56,985 nucleotides of DNA from Candidatus Sumerlaeia bacterium (GTDB lineage: Bacteria; Sumerlaeota; Sumerlaeia; SLMS01; JANRJK01), in the NCBI GenBank assembly GCA_033764015.1, contig JANRJK010000012.1:1-56985 (forward strand), written 5' to 3'. The notes beneath the pieces were generated by a model, which worked only from the letters and a program-made list of their open reading frames with translations, was not told where the DNA came from and searched no databases. Positions 50,776-56,985 of the stretch are shown piece after piece. The first letter of the stretch is position 1. Every line of letters begins with the position of its first letter. The translations under genes and the position numbers were made by a program.

Positions 50776-51341
50776 CGGGTCGGCGTCGCAAGGGCGTCCA
50801 GGCGCGCGTCGTGCGCCTCGGTGGGCAGATCGTCGAGCACCTGCCAGTCGTACGCAACGCCGACGCGCAGGCACTCCGGGGGGAGCCCCGCCAGGAATCG
50901 GTCGTAGTAGCCCCGTCCGCGCCCGAGCCGGGCGCCGCGCGCCGTGAACGCAAGCCCCGGCACCAGCACCAAGCGCAGCGCGCCCGCATCGAGCAACGGC
51001 GCGTCCGCGTCCGGCTCGCGGATGCCGAAGGGGCCGAGCGGCTCGAGCCCGCCGAGGTCCTCCACGCGGTGGAACGCGAGCGACTCGCGGCCGACGACGC
51101 GCGGCAGGTACAGCGCCGCGCCCGCCGCCTGGCGCGCCTCGAGATACGGCGCGCAATCCAGCTCGCCGGGCATCGCCGCGTAGGCGGCCAGCACGGATGC
51201 GCCCCGCGTCTCCGCCTGCGCGAGCAGCAGCGCCGCCAGCCGCTCCGTCGCGGCCCGCGCCTCTTCCGGCGCGACGGCGGCGAGGCGAGCCCGCAGGTCG
51301 CGGCGGAGCGCGCGCTTCGCCTCCCGCGCCGCCTCAGACAT
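50751..51341 (-). CDS. 5-formyltetrahydrofolate cyclo-ligase
   Basis: K..LR, Y.A..GE, G.FGI.EP, LVPGLAF...G.RLG.G.GYYDR.L and P.E.HD..LD...T. Confidence 0.93.
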   Translation of the reverse strand: MSEAAREAKRALRRDLRARLAAVAPEEARAATERLAALLLAQAETRGASVLAAYAAMPGELDCAPYLEARQAAGAALYLPRVVGRESLAFHRVEDLGGLEPLGPFGIREPDADAPLLDAGALRLVLVPGLAFTARGARLGRGRGYYDRFLAGLPPECLRVGVAYDWQVLDDLPTEAHDARLDALATPTRWMTRPTA

Positions 51342-52248
51342 CGTCGCCGTAGCCGATCGCGAGCGACTCGCCCGGCATGGCGCGCCCCTTCAGGCCCGCG
51401 AGGAACGCGTGCGCGCCGCGCGCGGCCCATTCCGGCGGCCCGTCCGGCATCCCGAGCCACGGACGCGCCCGCAGCACCCAGGGCGGACGCGCCGCCGCCT
51501 CGCGCCCCGCGCGCTCCGACAGCGCCCTGGGCGGCGCCGCGCCGTGCCGGTGGAACGCGTCGCGCAGCGCGCCCCCCAGGCGGTGCTGTTCCTTGACAAA
51601 GTCAACCAACGTCCGCCGCCGCGTGTCCGCCGCCGACGCCTCCGCCAGGAAGAACGCCTGCGCCCCGCGGGCGCCGAGCCGGTACAGCAGCTCCGCGGTC
51701 TCCACCGGGAACATCCGCAGCGCCGGGTCGAAGCGCGCCTCCGCCAGCAGCTCCCGCGGCGCGCTCCAATGCGCCGCGTCCACCTCCGCCACCGGCACCG
51801 GTCCGCCCGGCGCGTACACATGGAAGCGGTGCAGCCGGTACGCGAACCAGTGCATGAACGGCGTCTCCACCGCGTCCGGACGCCAGCGGACGTTTCCCGC
51901 CGCGAGCGCGCCCGCCCGCCGCCCGTGGAACGCCAGGTGCGCCGCCAGCAGCCCCTCCGCCGGCTCGCACGCGCCATCCAGCAGCACCACGCGATCCGCC
52001 TCCGACCGAGCAAGGGCTCCGTTGACCGCGGCCACCGCGCCGCCTTCGCCGCCCGGGACGACCTCCGCGCGCCACGATGCGGGAAGCCGCGCGGCCGCAA
52101 GGCTGTCCTCGTGGGCGCGCGCCACCGAATCGACCGCCAGGAACAGCTCGACCCGCGCGCCGCCCGCGTCGCCGCGCAACGGCCCGAGCACGCCGGGCAG
52201 CGCGGAGGGCGGGCCCTCGCAGCGGACGATCAACGCGATGGACGCCAT
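51334..52248 (-). CDS. Divergent glycosyltransferase family 2-like protein
   Basis: G...A.N.AL......V.LLD....P..G.L..HL..H, FD..L....E..EL.YRL pattern; DxD motif degenerate. Confidence 0.65.
   Translation of the reverse strand: MASIALIVRCEGPPSALPGVLGPLRGDAGGARVELFLAVDSVARAHEDSLAAARLPASWRAEVVPGGEGGAVAAVNGALARSEADRVVLLDGACEPAEGLLAAHLAFHGRRAGALAAGNVRWRPDAVETPFMHWFAYRLHRFHVYAPGGPVPVAEVDAAHWSAPRELLAEARFDPALRMFPVETAELLYRLGARGAQAFFLAEASAADTRRRTLVDFVKEQHRLGGALRDAFHRHGAAPPRALSERAGREAAARPPWVLRARPWLGMPDGPPEWAARGAHAFLAGLKGRAMPGESLAIGYGDDV
51592..51606. repeat. Intragenic palindromic motif copy 3 (CTTGACAAAGTCAAC)
   Basis: Read directly; encodes GTT GAC TTT GTC AAG on the minus-strand gene. Confidence 0.8.
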
Positions 52249-52372
52249 GCGCGGGTGTTGGCCTTGTCCCTCTGGAGTCGCGGCGGTGGTGTGGCGCCAT
52301 GCGTCGAACGGCCCGCGCGCCCATCCCCTCCGCCACGCTTCGCGCGCCGAGCGCGCGGGTCAACGCGCGTCC

Positions 52373-54100
52373 ATGAAGCGGCTGCCCGCGGCGCACCCCT
52401 TCGCCTTCGCCGCCGCGGGAACGGCGGCCGCGCTCTGGCTGCTCGAGCTGACGAACGACGCCGCGCGCGGCGGCAGCGCCCTCGCGCCGCTCGCCGTGCT
52501 GCTGCTCGTCGCCTCGCACGCGGGACTGGTCCGCACCCCGCCGCCTCCGGAGGAGCCCCGAGATCCCCGCTGGTGGGAGCGGCTCGCGACGTCCGCCGCC
52601 GTGGCGGGAGCCGCCGCGTGGGCGCTCCATGCGATGGCGGAGGGAGTGCGCGCCTGGGCCGTCGACCCGCGCGGCGCCGCCCAGCTCGGCGTCGCCGCCC
52701 AGTCCGTCGTCCGCCTCGGCCAGGGGAACTCGCCCTACGGCGTCGAGTTCGCGATGCACGGCTGGACATCCTCCTCCTTCATCCCGCCCGGCGTGCTGCT
52801 GCCGTTCTGGTCCGTCCGCGTGCTGGGCGAGGACCTCCGCGTGGCGACGGTCGGCTCGGCGGCGCTGGCGCTGGCGTTCCTGCTGATGGCGCTCTGGCGC
52901 GGACGCGGCGGGGCGGGCCTGTGGGCGGTCGCCGCGTCGCTCGCCGCCGTCTTCGCGCTCGACTCCTTCGCCGGGTTCCAGTCCTACGGCGCCGCGGCGC
53001 CGCTCTGGCCCGCGCTCGCGGTGTTCGGCCTCGCGCTCGCGGAGCGCTCGCACCTGCTCGCCGGCCTCGCGCTCGGCGCCCTGGCCGCCTGCTCCATCGG
53101 CTGGCTGGTGCTGCTGCCGCTGGGCGTGCTGCTGCTCGTCAGGCTGGGCGGGGCGCCGGCGTGGCCCGCCGTGCTCGCGGCGCTGCTTGTCCCCGCGGTC
53201 GTCTACGGCGCGCAGGGCGACCGGCTGGGGGACTTCCTCGCCGACGCCACCGCCGCCGCGTTCTACCGCGCCGACCCGAAGAGCATCGGCGAGGTGCTGC
53301 CGCACCGCTGGCCGTCGCTCATGGGGATGCTGGTCGGGATGAAGATGGCCCCCGCGCTGCTGCTCTGGCTGCCGGCGGCGCTCTGGGTGGTTGCGCGGGG
53401 CATCGCGCGCGCGGAGGACGGGCGCGCGGCGGTCCGCCTCTTCGCCGCCGCCGCCGGGCTCGTGCTGCTGTGCGGCCCCTCGGTCTACGCGTTCCACTGG
53501 TTCGGCCACGCGATGCTCCTGGCGGGGCTCTGGGCCGCCGACTCCCTTGACACAGTCAACGATCCCGCCGCGCCCTCCGCCGGCCCCGCCGCGCTCGCCG
53601 CCGCCCTCGCCGCGGCCGCCGCCGCGCCCGCCGCCCTGGTGCTCGCCCGCCCGCTCCCCGACGCGCTCGACGAAACCCGCCTCCTCGCGCCCGACCGCTG
53701 GCTCGGCGCCGGATGGCACGGCACGGAGGGCGCCCAGACCTGGTCGGCGGAGCCCATCGCCGCGGTCCACTTCCCCATGAACAGGCCCTCGCCCGGCACG
53801 CTCGAGATCAGCCTCGGCCAGACCGGCGGCGAGTACGCGCCCTTCAACCCGGTCACCATCTCGCTCAACGGCGAGCCGCTCGGCCGGTGGGTGCCGACGC
53901 CCGGCACCTTCGAGACGATCAAGGTGCCCGTGCCGGGCGCCGCGGTCTTCGTGCGCGGCTGGAACACGCTCGAGTTCCGCGCCGCCCGCACGCGCTCGCC
54001 GAAGTCCCTTGGCACCGGTTCCGACGCGCGGATGCTCGGCGTCGCGTGGCGGGGCCTGCGCTGGGTCCCGTCCGAACCCCCGCCGGAGGCCGCCCCGTGA
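52373..54100 (+). CDS. Polytopic membrane protein, GT-C/GT87-like, with C-terminal beta domain
   Basis: G.SPY...PPG.LL.F, DLR, many TM helices, GWH..EG..TW and D.R.LGV C-terminal domain; ATG at 52373. Confidence 0.65.
   Translation: MKRLPAAHPFAFAAAGTAAALWLLELTNDAARGGSALAPLAVLLLVASHAGLVRTPPPPEEPRDPRWWERLATSAAVAGAAAWALHAMAEGVRAWAVDPRGAAQLGVAAQSVVRLGQGNSPYGVEFAMHGWTSSSFIPPGVLLPFWSVRVLGEDLRVATVGSAALALAFLLMALWRGRGGAGLWAVAASLAAVFALDSFAGFQSYGAAAPLWPALAVFGLALAERSHLLAGLALGALAACSIGWLVLLPLGVLLLVRLGGAPAWPAVLAALLVPAVVYGAQGDRLGDFLADATAAAFYRADPKSIGEVLPHRWPSLMGMLVGMKMAPALLLWLPAALWVVARGIARAEDGRAAVRLFAAAAGLVLLCGPSVYAFHWFGHAMLLAGLWAADSLDTVNDPAAPSAGPAALAAALAAAAAAPAALVLARPLPDALDETRLLAPDRWLGAGWHGTEGAQTWSAEPIAAVHFPMNRPSPGTLEISLGQTGGEYAPFNPVTISLNGEPLGRWVPTPGTFETIKVPVPGAAVFVRGWNTLEFRAARTRSPKSLGTGSDARMLGVAWRGLRWVPSEPPPEAAP
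53546..53560. repeat. Intragenic palindromic motif copy 4 (CTTGACACAGTCAAC)
   Basis: Read directly; encodes CTT GAC ACA GTC AAC in a linker of the plus-strand gene. Confidence 0.8.
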
Positions 54101-54939
54101 GCGCCAACGTCCCAGTCCTCTACATCGATCCGGTCGCGGGAGCGAGCGGCGACATGTTCCTCGGCGCGCTCGTGGACCTCGGCGCCGACTTCGACGCGCT
54201 CCGCGCGATGCTTGACACACTCAACGTTCCCGGCTTCCGCCTGGAGCGCGCCCCCGCGTTCCGCCAGACCATCGGCGGCACCAAGGTGGACGTGGTCGTC
54301 GAGGACGCGCCGCATCCGCACCGGCACGTGGGCGACCTGCTCGCGATCGTCGACGCCGCCGCGCTGCCTGAGCGCGTGAAGCAGCGCTCGCGCGCCGTCC
54401 TCGGGCGGCTCGCCCGCGCCGAGGCCGCCGTCCACCGCATGCCCGTCGAGCGCGTCCACCTCCACGAGGTCGGCGGCCTCGACGCCCTCGTCGACGTGGT
54501 CGGGACCTGCGCCGCGCTCGAGATCCTCGCGGTCGACCGCATCTACTCGGGCCCGGTCTCCCTCGGCACCGGCACCATCGCCTGCGCCCACGGCAAGATG
54601 CCCAGCCCCGCGCCCGGCACCCTCGCGATCCTCGAAGGCTTCCCCGTCCGCAAGACCTCCATCAACCACGAGATGACCACGCCGACCGGCGCGGCGATCA
54701 TCGCCGCGCTCGCCACCGGCTTCGTCGAGCCCCTCGTCCTAGTGCCGCGCCGCGTCGGCTACGGCGCCGGCGCCAGCGACCCTCGCGAGTTCTGCAACCT
54801 CCTCCGCATCGTGCTCGCCGACGTGCCGCGCAAGCTGATCCCCGCGCACCACCACGCCTCCGAACCGGGCGCCCACAGCCACGACCACGGGCACGACCAC
54901 GCGCACGACCACGCCCTCCCGCACACGCACCCGCACTAG
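54097..54939 (+). CDS. larC: LarC nickel insertion protein, N-terminal half (LarC1-like) with His-rich tail
   Basis: YIDP.AGASGDMFLGAL.DLG, LA.AEA.VH.....VH.HEVG..D..VD.VG, CAHG..P.PAP.T, E.TTPTGA, GYGAG and N.LR; ends in HSHDHGHDHAHDH. Confidence 0.9.
   Translation: MSANVPVLYIDPVAGASGDMFLGALVDLGADFDALRAMLDTLNVPGFRLERAPAFRQTIGGTKVDVVVEDAPHPHRHVGDLLAIVDAAALPERVKQRSRAVLGRLARAEAAVHRMPVERVHLHEVGGLDALVDVVGTCAALEILAVDRIYSGPVSLGTGTIACAHGKMPSPAPGTLAILEGFPVRKTSINHEMTTPTGAAIIAALATGFVEPLVLVPRRVGYGAGASDPREFCNLLRIVLADVPRKLIPAHHHASEPGAHSHDHGHDHAHDHALPHTHPH
54211..54225. repeat. Intragenic palindromic motif copy 5 (CTTGACACACTCAAC)
   Basis: Read directly; encodes CTT GAC ACA CTC AAC within larC. Confidence 0.75.
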
Positions 54940-54945
54940 GCGACG

Positions 54946-56142
54946 ATGCTCCGCAAGACCCTCGAACTCCTCCGCTGCCCCGTGGACCGCGCGCCGCTCG
55001 CGCTGGAGCGCGAGCTGCTGGCCGGCGACCGCGGCGAGACCGTCGACGGCGTGCTGCGCTGCCCGGGGTGCCGCCGCTGGTTCCGCATCGAGCAGGGCAT
55101 CCCGGACCTCGTCGCGGACGGCCTCCGCGAGTGGGCGGACGAGCGCGCCTTCCTCTCAGCTCACCGCGCGGCGCTGGGCCCCGCCTTCTTCGAGGGCCTC
55201 GCGCCCGACCCGTTCTCCGGCGCCGAGCCGGCGCGCACCCCGGAGGAGCGCCGCGTGGTCGAGGAGGGCCGCCACTGGGGCCGCTTCATGCGGCACTTCC
55301 ACGATGTGGACGACGGTTCGATCTTCGACATGGATGTGAAGGGGCGCCACCCGCGCTTTTACGTGGCGGGTCTGCTGGAGCGCGACGACCGCGACGCGCG
55401 CCGGCGCCACTCGTTCTTCCCCACCGCGGCGGGGAACGTGCTGTTCGGCGATGCCAAGCGCCTGCGCGGGCGGCGCGCGCTCGATGTCGGCACCGGCGGC
55501 GGCCAGTTCGCGCTCAAGTTCGCCAAGCTGGGTCTCGACGTGCTCGGCATGGACCCCAGCTTCGAGGAGGTCTCCATCGCGCGGGAGGTCGCCCGGAAGG
55601 CGGGCGTGTGGAACGTGGACTACGTCCGCGCGGCGCCCGACCTGCCGCCCTTCGCCCCCGCCGCCTTCGGCGTCCTGCTCGCCAAGGACGCGCTGCACCA
55701 CGTGCCGGAGCTCGGCCGCGTCCTCGACGAGGCGCTCATGCCGCTGCTGGAGCAGGACGCGGAACTGGTGGTGCAGGAGCACGTCGGCAAGTCCCGCGCC
55801 CGCGAGTGGTTCGGCCGCCGCGTCGCCGCGCCGCTGATCCCGAAGATCCGCGCCAGCTACGCCAACGTGCCGATCCCGCAGGAGCTGCTGCGCGACTCCG
55901 CGAACGAGGATGTCTCGATGCACGCGGTGGTGCCGGAGCTGGAGAAGCGGTTCCGCATCACGCGGAGCCACCGCGCGCACTGGTTCTACCTGAGCGCGGA
56001 GGCGCTGGTGTACTTCGCCCACGGGAAGCGGCGCGGCCTCGCGTGGTGCGCCAAGGCCGCCGCGTGGACCTGGGAGCGCGCGGTCCTCCTCACGGAGCCG
56101 GGCGAGTTCTGGTGCGCGCGAGGAGTCCGCCGCCGCCCGTGA
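54946..56142 (+). CDS. SAM-dependent methyltransferase with N-terminal Trm112-like domain
   Basis: LL.CP.....L...G.L.C..C.R.F.I..GIP.L (Trm112), ALDVGTGGG, G.D.S and LHH motifs. Confidence 0.85.
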   Translation: MLRKTLELLRCPVDRAPLALERELLAGDRGETVDGVLRCPGCRRWFRIEQGIPDLVADGLREWADERAFLSAHRAALGPAFFEGLAPDPFSGAEPARTPEERRVVEEGRHWGRFMRHFHDVDDGSIFDMDVKGRHPRFYVAGLLERDDRDARRRHSFFPTAAGNVLFGDAKRLRGRRALDVGTGGGQFALKFAKLGLDVLGMDPSFEEVSIAREVARKAGVWNVDYVRAAPDLPPFAPAAFGVLLAKDALHHVPELGRVLDEALMPLLEQDAELVVQEHVGKSRAREWFGRRVAAPLIPKIRASYANVPIPQELLRDSANEDVSMHAVVPELEKRFRITRSHRAHWFYLSAEALVYFAHGKRRGLAWCAKAAAWTWERAVLLTEPGEFWCARGVRRRP

Positions 56143-56985
56143 GGAGGCCGGCCGCCGTCCTCCTCGCGCTGTGGTTCCTCGCCGCGGCGGTGGCGCTGCT
56201 GCCCCTGCTAACCGCCGGAGCGGGCTTCTCGACCACGGTCGAGGACGCCGCGGGACAGCGTGCGCAGCGGTGGACGGCGCTCGGCTGGAACTCCGTGCGC
56301 CTCGCGCTGTGGGCGGTCGCCGGCGCGCTGGCGCTCGCGGTGCCTGCGGCGTTCGCGCTGGCCGAGCTGCCGCCGCGCCTGCGGGGCGCCGCCGCCGCCC
56401 TCGCCGCGCTGCCGCTCTTCGTGCCGCCCGGCGTCGTGGCCGTCGGGGCCACCATGCTGCTCGGCGCCGGAGGCGTGCTCACGGAGTTCCTTCGCTCCGG
56501 CGCCGCGCGGCCGGGATCCGAAATCGCCTCCGCGGGCTGGGCCGCGGACTTCGCGCCCGTCTACACGATCGCGGGCGCGGGACTCGCCACCGCCGCCGCC
56601 TACGCGCCCGCGCTGCTCGCATGCGTGCTCGCGGGACTGCGGCGGGCGTCGCGGGAGGAGGAGGACGCCGCCTTCCTCGATGGCGGGCGCCGCGCGGTGT
56701 GGCTCGCCGTGCGCCTCCCCGCCGCCGCGCCCTGGACGGCGCTCGGCGCGGCGCTCGTATTCCTGCTCGCGGTGATCGAGTTCAGCATCCCCGAATCGCT
56801 TCGCGCGCTCCCCGTGCTCGCCGGCGACGTGTACGTGCAGTTCGGCGTCCGCTACGACGCGGCGGCGGCGCTGGGCGCGGCGGGCACGCTGGCGGCGCTC
56901 GCGCTGGCCGCGCTGCTGCTCGCGTGGCCGCTGCTGCCGCGGGCGCTCCGCGCTTCCGGGGAGGACGCCGCCGACGCGGAGCGCC
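56139..56985 (+). CDS. ABC transporter permease, FbpB/ThiP-like (3' truncated by window edge)
   Basis: GTG overlapping the upstream TGA; NSV.LA, LPL.VPP.V.A and EEE.AA.L.G (EAA loop), ...V.LP motifs. Confidence 0.82.
   Translation, partial: MRRPAAVLLALWFLAAAVALLPLLTAGAGFSTTVEDAAGQRAQRWTALGWNSVRLALWAVAGALALAVPAAFALAELPPRLRGAAAALAALPLFVPPGVVAVGATMLLGAGGVLTEFLRSGAARPGSEIASAGWAADFAPVYTIAGAGLATAAAYAPALLACVLAGLRRASREEEDAAFLDGGRRAVWLAVRLPAAAPWTALGAALVFLLAVIEFSIPESLRALPVLAGDVYVQFGVRYDAAAALGAAGTLAALALAALLLAWPLLPRALRASGEDAADAER

Noticed and set aside
54780..54945. Programmed frameshift from larC1 into a larC2 frame
   Set aside because: No slippery run and no LarC2-like sequence in other frames; the methyltransferase starts immediately.

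Overview
Very GC-rich bacterial chromosomal window of mostly housekeeping and cell-envelope genes. The style of the prepilin protein and the short Rhs module suggest Candidatus Sumerlaeota/BRC1 or a related lineage (inference only). The left 2 kb is a lower-GC accessory edge: a tyrosine recombinase C-terminus, a decayed IS5-family transposase, and an orphan Rhs core with a variable tip and a small cognate ORF. Next is a tightly coupled minus-strand run: dnaJ, an unannotated 56-aa PLDc_N-type ORF, larB, two EutN/CcmL microcompartment vertex genes, a phosphodiester glycosidase and a GT2. The rest holds a redoxin lipoprotein, sigma-70, clpX, a TPR protein, tig, fructosamine kinase, an ABC exporter, four GT-C-like membrane proteins, gltB-bioD-sfsA, a circularly permuted ATP-grasp/alpha-E pair, two GT4s, ribE, guaB3-purC-purS, a pilin-like gene, oppF, an ECF sigma/YciI pair, 5-formyl-THF cyclo-ligase, a half-length larC, a Trm112-fused methyltransferase and a truncated ABC permease. 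The most striking unexplained signal is an AT-rich 15-bp near-palindrome, CTTGACA(N)(W)(S)TCAAC. It occurs five times, always inside coding sequences, in different frames and strands, and imposes codons that are rare here. It resembles a matS-like protein-binding site. No rRNA, tRNA or CRISPR array was seen. All product calls rest on motif recognition by eye, not on database searches.
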